Assembly: GCA_040285825.1 (NCBI GenBank)
Contig: JAUPSS010000007.1
Coordinates: 1 to 64,000, forward strand
DNA length: 64,000 bases
Direction of reading: 5' to 3'
Source of the DNA: Eukaryota sp. TZLM1-RC
Taxonomy: Eukaryota; Protista; Metamonada: BaSk clade
The notes beneath the pieces are model-generated. The model worked only from the letters and a program-made list of their open reading frames with translations, did not search any database and had not been told where the DNA came from. Below, in pieces: positions 48,101 through 59,700 of the stretch (positions are counted from its first letter, which is position 1; each line of letters begins with the position of its first letter). The translations under genes were made by a program, and so were the position numbers.

Positions 48101-48208
48101 TCAACAAAGCTCTTCAATAGAAATAAGCTGGCTTGTCTGAATATGTTTGCAATTGCTGAAGCGAGGATGAGTGGTAATGAAAGGCCTCAATATCTGTGTA
48201 GTAGATAG
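45197..48208 (+). pseudogene. PolB-type 3'-5' exonuclease (DEDDy) fused in frame to Fanzor1, interrupted by two in-frame TGA codons
   Basis: ExoI FDLET, ExoII HNLMQFDLQIL and ExoIII YGLHD are followed by the Fanzor N-terminus, IHTDG, VCDPGKRDL, ILMGDY, INEAFTSAKCPVC and CHGL*AC...FNRNKLACLN...RPQYL. One frame throughout, with TGA at 46133 and 48059. Confidence 0.85.
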
Positions 48209-48268
48209 TGATTGTGATTATTCCACACGAAAATTGATCGTGTATTTATGGGATTTTCCCACACAGGA
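48209..48268 (+). ncRNA. Candidate 3' end / omegaRNA hairpin of the exonuclease-Fanzor
   Basis: TCCCA-CACGA...TCGTG..TGGGA stem-loop directly after the stop codon, followed by TTTTCCCACAC. Confidence 0.4.
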
Positions 48269-48269
48269 C

Positions 48270-48314
48270 TTCATCTACATCCTCCATTAATCTCGACTAT
48301 TTGGCATTTCTGTA
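48270..48314 (+). promoter_or_regulatory. Bipartite upstream motif shared with SmD2
   Basis: TTCATCTACATCC plus CTATTTGGCATTTCTGTA, ending exactly 10 nt before the CWC22 ATG. Confidence 0.6.
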
Positions 48315-48324
48315 GCCTTAACCA

Positions 48325-50022
48325 ATGTCTACCGATCCAGATTCCACTCGTTCTGAACAGGAACAGGCCTGGAAACACCTCACAAAAACCATTACAGGAA
48401 TTCTAAACAAAGTGTCTGCTGATAACATTCCTGATGTCCTTCCACAACTTTTATCTGTCAATCTCATCAAAGGACGAGGTATTCTTACTTCTCGCATTAT
48501 ACAAGCTTGTGAGTCTGCCACAGCACTAACGCCGGTCTATGCCACTCTCCTTGCACTCATCAACAGTGTATTTCCTTCAATCGGCCGTTTAGCTATTCAA
48601 CGTATCTTAATTAGGGTTCAAAAATCCCTAAAGTCAAGAAGAATCCGCGAGACCTCGGGACTTTTGACCCTTTTATCTCACCTTATCTACTTTCAAGTAG
48701 CCCTTCCTCTCCTAGTTTTTGAAACCTCTTCTCTCCTCATCCAGCCACACTTACTTTCTCTTCTTTGTCCTTTCCTCGAGATCTGTGGTGGAGTCGCCAT
48801 GGACGAGTATCCAAGGTTGTACGATGACATGTATGGAAAGATTAGAGATTTGTACAGCAAACATCAATTGAAAGGAGAGGACTCATCGGCAGTTGAGAGA
48901 TTATTTGATTGTCATCGAAAGGGTTATCAATCAAAAATTCAATCAAAATTGATTGATTATGTAGGTTTGGTTGATCCCAAGCCACATGATGTCGAGATTG
49001 ATGAGAATTTAGTTGAAGAAAAAGAATTGGACAAATTTCAACTTCTCTCTGCAGAAAGTTTCAGAGAGCAAGAAGACCAATACAAACGTATTTCAGGTGA
49101 GGTTATTCAAGATTTCATTTCCAAATTTTCAGTAGAACCAGAAAATGACCCCAACTCGTCACCTATACATGACGAAATTTTTGATGAAGATGAAAATTTG
49201 GCAGTTTTCAAAAGGGACGTCTATATTACAATTACCTCATCAATTTCAGCCGAAGAGACATGTCATAAATTGTTAAAATTACAGTTTCCAAAAGAAAACC
49301 TTAATCCAACTTTTCATTTATGTAAAATGATTCTTGACACCTGTCAAAATTTTGGGATTTTTAACCGGGTTTTTTCGTTGATTGGTCGACGATTATGTTA
49401 TTTACCAGCAACTAGACGTCAGTGTCAACAAAGTTTTGCTGAAATTTTGAAAGATGAATATTTGAGTGGGAGACAAATAGAGATCAATAAGGTCATAAAT
49501 ATAGCGAAATTCTTTGGAAATCTGCTGACACCAGGAGAAGCTACTTTCAGTATGAGTTTTCTGAATTTTATTGAATTAAATCCAAGATCAACAACGGCTC
49601 AACAGCGGATTTTTTTGAAATATTTATTCCAAGAACTCATTGACACGTGGGGTAGATCTGAAATAGTTAGAGTCTTTGAAAGTCCAACTTTTCAATCAGA
49701 ATGTTCAGGACTTTTCCCAGACAATTTAAGTGATTTAAAGTATTGTACTGTTTTTTGGAAAAATTGCCAATTAGAATTTCTTAACAATTGTTATGAAAAA
49801 CTAATTCAAAAAGCTCAAGAACAGGCTGAGAAAGAAGAACCACCTTCTCCCCCACGTCGTTCATCACGTGATGTGCCACGTCATCACACATCATCACGTC
49901 AGCAGTCACGTGATTATGCTAGAAGGGATCGTGGCCCGCCTTCTCCTGAAAGATTCATACATCCATCTAGAAGGGCTCGTCATGGGTCTCCAAGGTCAAA
50001 AAGAGTCAGAAATTATGATTGA
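48325..50022 (+). CDS. CWC22: Pre-mRNA splicing factor CWC22 (MIF4G plus MA3)
   Basis: WKHLTKTITGILNKVS..NI, NLIKGRG, TPVYATL..INS.FP.IG, IYITI.SS...EE..HKL-like segment, RIFLKYLFQEL; RS-rich tail. Confidence 0.93.
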   Translation: MSTDPDSTRSEQEQAWKHLTKTITGILNKVSADNIPDVLPQLLSVNLIKGRGILTSRIIQACESATALTPVYATLLALINSVFPSIGRLAIQRILIRVQKSLKSRRIRETSGLLTLLSHLIYFQVALPLLVFETSSLLIQPHLLSLLCPFLEICGGVAMDEYPRLYDDMYGKIRDLYSKHQLKGEDSSAVERLFDCHRKGYQSKIQSKLIDYVGLVDPKPHDVEIDENLVEEKELDKFQLLSAESFREQEDQYKRISGEVIQDFISKFSVEPENDPNSSPIHDEIFDEDENLAVFKRDVYITITSSISAEETCHKLLKLQFPKENLNPTFHLCKMILDTCQNFGIFNRVFSLIGRRLCYLPATRRQCQQSFAEILKDEYLSGRQIEINKVINIAKFFGNLLTPGEATFSMSFLNFIELNPRSTTAQQRIFLKYLFQELIDTWGRSEIVRVFESPTFQSECSGLFPDNLSDLKYCTVFWKNCQLEFLNNCYEKLIQKAQEQAEKEEPPSPPRRSSRDVPRHHTSSRQQSRDYARRDRGPPSPERFIHPSRRARHGSPRSKRVRNYD

Positions 50023-52003
50023 TTTCCAGTTTTGATTGTTCTGGGTTGCTTCTCATTTTTTTATTCGGTTGTTTGTAAATTTTTGTTAAATAAACCCACT
50101 TTTTTATTTAATTTTAATGGTATTTTTTCCTATTCTCGCCAATTTATCAAAATTTGTCACACTGGCAGGCGGTTTTCAAAAGAAAAGGTTAATGTTAGTG
50201 ATTCAAATATAAGCAATCTTCTAATCACTCTTTTACACAATTGATCTATGTTTCTTGTGTGTTTTAATTTGTTTTGTTTCTTCGTTTATAAGATATATAA
50301 ATAATAATAATTTTGGTTCATTTAATTAAATTAAATCTTTTTTCATCCGAAATTTCATCACGATAACCCTGTAAAGCTTGTTCACTAAATTAGAAGGGAA
50401 AAACTTCCCTTAATTTCCTTAATTTTCTGTCGCTTGAAGTCTTTGAAAGTTCAAAAAATGACTGAGAATGTGGAAAATGAATAAAATACTCCTAGTATTG
50501 CACTTGTTAGCTAACCACAATCATGTTGATTTTTGCAAAAATAATCCACAATTTCAACAAGTTACTGCAGAAAAGAACCGCGAAATTTGGAAAAATTACC
50601 AAGCTGTTTCGATTTAAATCAGTGGTGAAAATGCCTTTTAACCACTGACTAATGATTTTCATCTTCACTTCTCCTAACCAATGCAGATTTGCGTTATTCC
50701 TCCCTTATGGCCGTTGTCACATCAAAGTATTTTGCACCTTTTAGAGCACAATGTCGGGTTGTTGTTTAATCAGCATAGATCTATATGCCATGAATAAATT
50801 TTGGTTTAAGATTTGTGATATTGTGTTGGCTTTGTAAGTTTTCTGTACGTTTTTAATTTTTATTGTTCTTAATTTTTTATCACTTTTATCAGTCTTTTTC
50901 TGTTGAAATAATACTAAATTTTATGTTGATGAGACAATTAGCTTAAACTTTGTAATGAGGTGAATCAATTTGTCCTTTATTTCTTACTGAATTTTTGTGA
51001 AATGTAACTTAGTAAAGTTAGCGGCAGTCTCTCATCTGTTTTTGTGCATTTTTTATTATCGCAATGTACTTGAGCTATTTCGTCGAAATTATTGTTATTT
51101 CGTTCTTTACTTTCAGTCAATTGCATATTTGCTTCTCTTTATCATTGTGCATTTGTATAATGCTGTTCTTTCACAGTGTGATCGTATTCATATACTCACT
51201 TCTGTGTGCTTAGCGAGGTGTTTGTTTTGGATCTACTGTTTTACCCCCCTCTATTACATGTTGCAACATTGCCAGTGCTGGTTTTTGTAAATAACTTACA
51301 TTTTTTCAGTTTAATTCACTGCAAAAAGGAGTTGTGTTTGTAATTGTCCTAGGCTATCAACAGTTTTCCTTCTTTGTGGATATTTCAACGGTTTCTAAAT
51401 AGCACTGTAGTATTCAACTTATCACAAATGAGATTAGCCTACATGAATTGTCAACTCGTGTTCGTCAAAGGAAATAAGCAATGTTGTTTAGAGCCTTGAT
51501 TTGTATTTCACTCTTGCATTTCTCTGTTTAAAATTCAAATGTCATAACAAAATGGGTTTGAGTGTAATATTCATCTATTTAAACTGAAAATTGATCTGTC
51601 TTTTGTCCATCTTTCTTTGACCTTTTTGATTGGTTTGTGGGAAACTATAAATTAAAAAATAATACAGTTTCTTTAGTTTTCTAAGCTTTGGATGTATTAT
51701 TTTATTTTTCTTCTCGTTTTTTAAACAGTTGGTCGAGATCTGCAGATTTATTCACAATATGTTAGTGTTTCAATAAGAATTGGTTTGGTTTTTTTGTGTT
51801 GGACCAAACCGTTTACTGACTTCAATTTATGGTCCTTCAAGGCAGTTTTCATTATAAAAGTTTCCATTTTTCTTAATCCAAAGTTTTTGACCTTGACCAT
51901 CTATTTGATTGTCTTATTGTCTTAATTTTGGGAATATTTCATTCATCAAAATAAAAAACCAGTGATTAATAGATGTAATATTTATTTATTTATAATTTGT
52001 TTA

Positions 52004-52170
52004 GTTCACGTCGAGGTGATTTAATTGCTCCTTTTGTGGATTCCTCTCAAGTTGTTGTTCATTTTACTGCAGGTGATCTCTTTGTTTCAATTTAACGTGA
52101 TGATGTTTTACTTAGTTCTAATGGCCACTTGAACAAGGCTGAGGTTCGTAAACGAGACAGATATGCTGAT
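52004..52170 (+). mobile_element. Small RLE-region fragment of the CRE-like family
   Basis: TTCACGTCGAGGTGATTTAATTGCTCC... matches 43142-43310. Confidence 0.8.
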
Positions 52171-53282
52171 TTATTGAATAAATAAATAAACTTTTATTGA
52201 AGAGTGACAACATGTAGTTAAGAGGTAGAACTTAAAAGAAGAAAAATTCTCCAAATCCACCCTTACACTTTTATATAGCTTTTTGAATATCTGAGACAAG
52301 TATTTGGGAAAGCTTCGAAATAAAGCAAAGATGATTCTATTACGCCAAATGGAGATGTTAAATAATCTGTTACGTTCATGACATAACTTGGCAAAAGAAT
52401 CAAGAAACTTTTGACCTATCTTACCAATACTTCCAAAAAACCGAAATTGCAAACGGAATGAAAACAAAAGAAGGGTATAAGTTTTGATTAAGATTCCTCA
52501 TTACTTCATCATACAACTGATTCTTACGTGCCTCCGCCTGACACAGATGCGAATTTTCATCATTAAAAACTGAAGACAAGTACACTTTTGCACAAGGATC
52601 AACGGTAGTAAAATCAACAACCGCCTGAGTTGAGTCAGTAAAGGGTACAAGCAAATTTCCACGACGACAATTAAAGATACCATTATCACTGTAGTGTTTC
52701 AGAAGAGGTTCTATTTTTCCATTAAAACCATGACACCTAAACATCTCATATGTCACATAACAAACTTGTGTGAGATTGACCTGAACTGAAGAAACTTTTT
52801 ACAACTGACAACATGTTTGAAATCGGCCTTAGGTCAATAAACACAGCAACAAACACTATTATTCAATAATTCAGACGGAAATAATCCAAGGCGAAGTCGC
52901 ATATTTAATTTCCTCGCATCATTGTCGAGATGGAAACCATATGGTCTGGGCTGTTGTGTGATAAGAGCACTACTTTGTTGTAAATCAATCAAAAAGGCTG
53001 CAAAGACGGGATTCTCTGACTTAGTCACACTAAGACGTTTAGCAAAATCCAAGTCCTCAAGACTGTGTAAGATCGAATTTTGTAATTGAACAACAGAACA
53101 TCGCAAGGAATCAACAGTTCTTTCAGAAAATTACATCAACATTAGATGGAAAGCACTGATTCCAAACTTCGATAGGTAAATCCAGAATAGCATTACCAAG
53201 GGACCATAACCATGAAGAACTCTCTTTAAGCAATTGCTCATAAACCTTTTGAAAGCGCAGATTAAACTCAAAAAGAAAATTT
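52171..53282 (-). mobile_element. Diverged, frameshifted 3' fragment of a related CRE-like element
   Basis: Pieces QQPRPYG, NMRLRLG, EPLLKHYSD, VVDFTTVDP, WRNRIIFAL. Confidence 0.88.
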
Positions 53283-53409
53283 TAAAATTTTTGCTTTATT
53301 TTTTATTTATGTATTTATGTATTTATTTATTTAATTATTTAATTATTTATTTAATTTTTTTTCTTCTATTTTATTATTTAACAAAAATTCCACTGATTTA
53401 AAATCAAAT

Positions 53410-56400
53410 CATTTTCTACTAAGAATCAAATAAAACAAACTAAAACACATAAGAAACTAAATTCTCCACGCCAACTCTTGATGAATCCTTATAAAGTTTA
53501 GACATCATTAAACTCAAGTATTTGGGAACACTTCTGTACAAAGCGAAAATGATACGATTTTTCCATAAATTCTCTGCAAAATTCTTACCACTTGAACGAC
53601 ATAAATTACCAAAATCATTGATGAAATTCATGGCGGATTGTCCAATGTTGCCAAAAATCGAAAAGGCAAAAGGAACAAACGAAAACTTCGAATAAAGGTT
53701 CTTATTTAAATCATTTAATATCTCAGTATATTTATCTCTCTTACGATCTTCAGCCTTGTTTAAATGACCATTAGTACTAAGTAAAACATCATCGCGATAA
53801 ACCAAAGCAAAGGGATCAACTGTAGTGAAATCAACAACAACTTGAGAGGAATCCACAAAAGGAGCAATTAAATCACCTCGACGTGAATTAAAAAGATTAT
53901 CATCACTATAATGCTTCAACAAAGGTTCTACTTTGTAACTAAAATTGTAACACTTGAACATCTCATATGTCACATCACGAACGGCATTATGAAGAACTGA
54001 CCTATATTGGAGAAATTTCTTACAGCTCACAATATGACGAAAATTGGCAGTAGGTTTTTTTGTTACAAATACAATAAGAATTGTCCAAAAAGACCACTTG
54101 GATACATCCCTAATCTCAACCGCATGTTTTGTTTCCAAGCTTCATTTGTTAAGTGAAGACCAAATGGCCTTGGTTGCTGAGATATTAAACTAGTACAGTT
54201 CTGAATGTCTGATAAAAAGGCAGCAAAGACGGGATTATTAATCTTAGTCACACTAAGTCGTTTAGAAAAATCCAGGTCTTCAAAACCAATAAGAACAGAC
54301 TTCTGTAATTTCACAACAGCAAGATGAAGATTGGTGAAAGATCTCGAAGGCACGGTAGGCAAACTTGAAGGAAAACTCCTATTCCAAACATCAACAGGTA
54401 GTTCTTGCACCATTTTGTCAAGAGAAATTAATAAAGGATGTGATTCATTCAAAGGAATATGATCAAAACGAAGTTTCCATTCAAAAAGAAAATTTTTCAT
54501 ACCACCAATAAAAGCACTTTTGCATAAATACTCTGCTTTTGAAAAACCAACTCCACCAAATTTAGGACTAAAAAATGCATGATAAGGAATTTTAGACGGA
54601 CAAACTTCTACTAAATTTCCTAAGAAATTTGTTCTCAAAGTATTGAATTGACGTGCAAAATCATGAGAAATTGTGGGAGATAAAGAACGAAGAAGATGAT
54701 TAATTTTTGATCCAAAACACACATTGAGGACCGAAAACGCTAAATGTTTGTCAATTTGTAGATCTTGAATAGCCAAAAGTTGCTCTTCGATTTTTCCAAA
54801 ATACCTGACAAAAATCGATTTAACTTTTTCACTATTTCCAAAATAAGATCCAAGAAACCGAATAGCATCTTCCTCGTAATCAACGTATTTGATAAAAGTT
54901 TCATTAAATGCCACCTCCGCATGCTGATTACCAATAATGAAACACTTGGGCAATTTAATGTCTAACCCTATTTGTTTGGCCAGAAAAACAAAATGTTGTA
55001 AACCGTGTTGTAAAAGAGACAAAGGGCCAATAAGTGATAAATCATCTGCATAAGCACATATATGAATGTCAGGAAAATCCGACTTAAATTTTACCAAAAC
55101 TGATTGCAGTGCTAAGCAAAAGAAAAATGGACCCAATGGATCCCCTTGTTTGACCCCTCTTGACGAAACAATATTCTCAGAATGAAAAATTAAGTTAGAG
55201 GGTGATCCATACATCAATTTAAAATACGGCAAAAGTGGAGAATAGTGTAGTTCAAGTTCCTGCAAAATACTGGAGCGAAAAACGGAGTTGAAAGCATTTT
55301 TAAAATCAATGTTCAATAAATAATTTTCGCCTTTTTGATTGAAAAGTAAATCTGTACACAACGCAGCACATGTTGTGCCATCAGGAATTCCGATAGCAAA
55401 CTGATAAGGACGAAAAAAATTAATTGCGGATGACTTAACTCTTTTAAAAGAAATAATTGCTAATAATCTCGTTATGGACTCACCAACAGCAATAGGTCTG
55501 ACACCACCTCCAGGCTTATTTAAAGCAACTAAACGAGATGCCATTAACGCCTGTGGTAACTTGAAACGTCCTATGATGACACTATTAAAAAAGAAAACTA
55601 AATCATCCACGATTTCTGGACATATGTTGACTGCGGACTTCAAATGATCATAACTAAGTCCAGAAGGCCCAGCAGAACGACCAGACGGAAGTCCTTTAAT
55701 AGCTACACTAACTTCATCACAAGTAATAGGATTAGCAGTGAAGAAATCACGTTCATTATCAGAGACTATGTGATTTATGGTGAAGTCTTCAGGTGGATGA
55801 AGAGAATTTAAAGAATTCAATGTTTCATCATTGAAGGCAGCAGGAGAAGAACCAGCCAATAATTTAAGTGCTGAAGAGTATTGTGAACGAAGAATCAAAG
55901 ACTCAAAGCGCTTTTTGACATTTTTAGATTGTGGAACCGACTTCTTATATTTAGATTTCTTGTGTGAAGACATAGCCTTAGAAAGAAAAAATTTCCAAAA
56001 AATCGAAGGATTCCAAATGCCCTTTCGAAGAGAGAAGGTTAAAGATCGAATAACTGTTGCAAGAGAAGACGAATGAGCAGGAGAAACGAATTGAGGGATT
56101 GCAAATGGAGGTCTACAAGGATCAATTGGCGTGCAAGAATCACAAACCAAAAGAGGTCGACCCGAAACATTGAATCCAGAAACTGGAGAACAACAGAACA
56201 AACATGATTTTGTATTACTACTGACTGAAGACGAATGAAGTATCTGTGGAGGCTCAATAGACTCAATAGGTGAAGATAATGATGCCAATACAGCTTCATC
56301 TGACAAAACTTTTCGCCGAGGACATGTTGTTTTTGTGTGACCAACAGTTTTGCACAAAGAACAGGTAGTCACAGAATTCTTAGGGCGTCCTCTAGAAGGT

Positions 56401-56447
56401 TTTGAAGTAACTGACTTCGGAGGCATAGGTAAGCATGGAGGGAGAAA
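53410..56447 (-). mobile_element. Near full-length CRE-like non-LTR retrotransposon (CCHC knuckle, RT, CCHC, RLE) with homopolymer frameshifts
   Basis: ORF 56426-54063 (CSLCKTVGHTKTTC, GVRPIAVGE, QGDPLGP, YADD) continues in 54138-53440 (HNAVRD, RGDL, VVDFT). Confidence 0.93.
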
Positions 56448-56451
56448 AAAA

Positions 56452-56545
56452 ATTTATTTAATTATTTATTTATTTATTTATTTAATTATTTAATTATTTA
56501 ATTATTTATTTATTTATTTATTTATGTATTTATTTTATTTATATT
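56452..56545. repeat. (TTTA)n-like low-complexity tract between two head-to-head retrotransposon 5' ends; a similar tract lies at 53290-53362
   Basis: TTTA / TTAATTA / TTATGTA repeats. Confidence 0.85.
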
Positions 56546-56701
56546 TTTTTTCCTCCATGCTTATCTATGACTCCGAAGTCAGTTACTTCTAAACCTTCTA
56601 GAGGACGCCCTAAGAATTTTGTGACTACCTGTTCTTTATGCAAGACTGTTGGTCACACAAAAACAACATGTCCTCAGCGAAAAGTTTTGTCAGATGAAGC
56701 T

Positions 56702-59700
56702 CCCGCGACCCTGACTCTGTCAATTCTATCATTGATTCAATCCAAGAAGCCATCCAGGAGGATCATCAAATAGACGCTACTTATCCCCACGGTTTAAGCT
56801 CCTCTTCCTCTTCCTCCTCTGATAATGAGCCTTATAGAGCTACTTTAAATCCATTTTCATCAATAAACCATAGTGCTTACTCTCCTTTACTGCACCAACA
56901 CCCACCCAGCTATGGTACAACAGCAGGCTGAAGACTTTCAATATCTTTTCAACAACCTCGAATCCATTACCTCTTCTTTAGCCCCACGCAACAACACTCT
57001 TATCTCTCCCTATCCGTCACCTTCTGATTCTGGAGTAGACTCTTCCTCAGACTCCTCGTCCGAAGCACTTGAAGTAGTCTCTAAGGTAGATTCTGATAAT
57101 CACATGGTACCGCCAGGCAACGCTCCTTCCCACCAAAATGGTTCTTTGCTGTTGGAAGCTAGTCCCGACCTCAGCTCTGAACCAGGGATGATCGACGCAG
57201 ACTGTGCTCGCCACGACGGTGGAGTAACGCGTGGACCATCAGAATCGCACCTTCAAAACTCTTCTAAAGCTAAAGACTCTGAGTCTATAGGAACCGCTCT
57301 TGCCCGGAGTTTTGAACCGTTTGTCTCCCTATCAGCCCAAGAACCTAACAAGTTCTTAGATAAGAAGCTCCTCCATCTCAAGATTTACGTTGACTCTCAG
57401 ACTATGCTCAATGGAATGGTAGACACCGGTGCTACTGTGTCTTGTATATCTCATGACCTACTCAAGCAAGCTAAGCTGAAGCTAACCTCCAAGACTCTAG
57501 AAGTTGGTTTAGCCGACAAAACCAAGCTCTCCTGCCCCCTTGCTTCTGGAAAACTCGCTTTTGCTCTAGGTGGTGCTGCTAAGCTCACCTACGTGAATGT
57601 GACTCTTGCCGTTTTGCCATGCTCTAATTCCTGCATCATAGGATGTGATTTATTAAGAAAGCTCGGCATTCTGACCTCTGACTATTTGTTCTTGAACCTC
57701 TCTGCCTGAAACCTCCAAATTCTCGAAAACGAAGCCATACCAGACCAGTATATACCGCCTTCCGACCAAATATCCTCTGTTTCCTCTCTCCCTGATTTAG
57801 ACAAAGCCTCATTCAAGCTGAATGACCCTGATTTAGAAAGCTCAGTCCGATCACTCCTGTTCAAGTATCCTGAAATCTTCTCAAAGCTCCCCGACCCCCA
57901 AGGAATTGATTGCCCACCCATGCGCATACCGTTCCATGATGAGTCCAAGATAGTAAGCAAGAAGTTTCGCTATCTCCCTCCGGATAAGCTAAAAGTAGCT
58001 AACGAGGAATTCGACACTCTGATTAACAACGGTTTCGCTGTGCCTTATGATGGTCCCTGGAGCTCCCCAATTTGCCTCGTACAACGTCCCGACAAACCTC
58101 CTAGATTAACTGGCGACTACTCTGGTGCTGACGGTGTTAATGAACTTTCCGTCTCCGTCCCCGCTGACCTCCCCAGGATCTCTGACGTATGCCAATTCCT
58201 GTCGGGTTGCCACTACATTGCTACATTAGACCTCCCAAAAGCCTTTTGGCAGCTGAACGTGCATTCTGATGATCAAGAAAAATCAGCTATAGCTATCCCT
58301 GGCCGTAAAATCAAGTATACTCGAGCTGCATTTGGTCTCAAAAACGTCCCGGCTATATTCCAGAACCTGATGCAGAAAGTCTTCAAATCTGATGGTGTCT
58401 TCATTTACATGGATGACATTATTGTAGCTGCTTCCGATAAGATGTCCTTCCTGACCAGATTAGAATTCATTTTTAAGCAAGCCGCCAAGTATAGAATCCG
58501 AATAAGTCTCCACAAGTGCTCGTTTCAAACCAAGGAACACCCAATTAAAGTCCTTGGATCTATTTTTGAAAATGGCCAACGCAGAATAGACCCCTCCAAG
58601 ATTGAATCCATTACCAAGCTCGCCCCTCCCACCTCTGTCCCTGAACTCCGATCTGTTATCGGATCTGTGATCTTTCTCCGCGATTGGTTACCCTCTGTAT
58701 CCGCTGAAATTAAACCTCTGACTTCTCTCCTTCGTAACAAGCCCAGAAGAATACGACTAGGTCCTTCCGAATTGAAGAACTTTGACAATATCAAGAAAAT
58801 GATAACCAGCAGTTTACCTCTTGCCCTTCCCGACTCGGACAGCAACATCTTGATTTCTACCGATGCTTCCGAAAAAACCATTGCTGGAATCATTTGGAAA
58901 GAACTAGAACCAGCACCTCCTGGAACCTGCCTATCCGAAAGAAAGGTCATGCCCATCTCCTTCTATTCTAGAATCTTGTCTGCCTCTCAACAGCGCGGTC
59001 CACCCTCCAGAAAGAACTATTCGCCATAGTTATGACCCTCAATCAGCCCAATCTGCCGTCCTTCCTGCTTTCTCGACACCTCACAATCTTCTGCGACCAC
59101 AAGAATCTGTCATATTTATTCAGTTGTTCTGACTCTAACCGCGTAGTGCTTCGATGGATCCCCGTACTACAATCTTTTTCGTTCGACTGTGTTCATATTG
59201 ATGGCCCCAAAAATTTTTGGGCAGACTACTTATCCCACGCCTCTCTACTTCCCGAAAAGAAGAAAGAGAAGAAGACCAAAGATATCTGTGATAACTCCAC
59301 CCCTGAACTGTGTTGCTTGATGACTTATCGAGACCAGGCTAAGTACTACTTGCCAGTTCTCAGATATGAATTGCCCTCTAGGTTGGAGATCTTCGAAACT
59401 GAGCCTTTCACATTCAATCACGAACGATTCCTCGAAGATCAAGCCTTGTTACCCAAAGATAGCCTCCCTTCTCGTGAGGACTCTGATCAACCTGTCGACT
59501 TTTCTTTAGACTATTCCGACGAAGTTCATATCGTATATGCCGTCACCGTGCCTAACTCGTCCGATTCCTCCACCCAAGAACTGCTCCCGTCCAAACCCTC
59601 CTGCTCTCCTGCCGCCGCTTTCTTAAACAAGATCTTTAAAGACCAACAGAAAGTGCCTGACAACGATCCCCTGTTTAAGGATTGCATCATCGATGCTAAG

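Noticed and set aside
50250-52000. Long intergenic stretch with a short ORF (50997-51290)
   Set aside because: No motif, repeat or structure that I can support.
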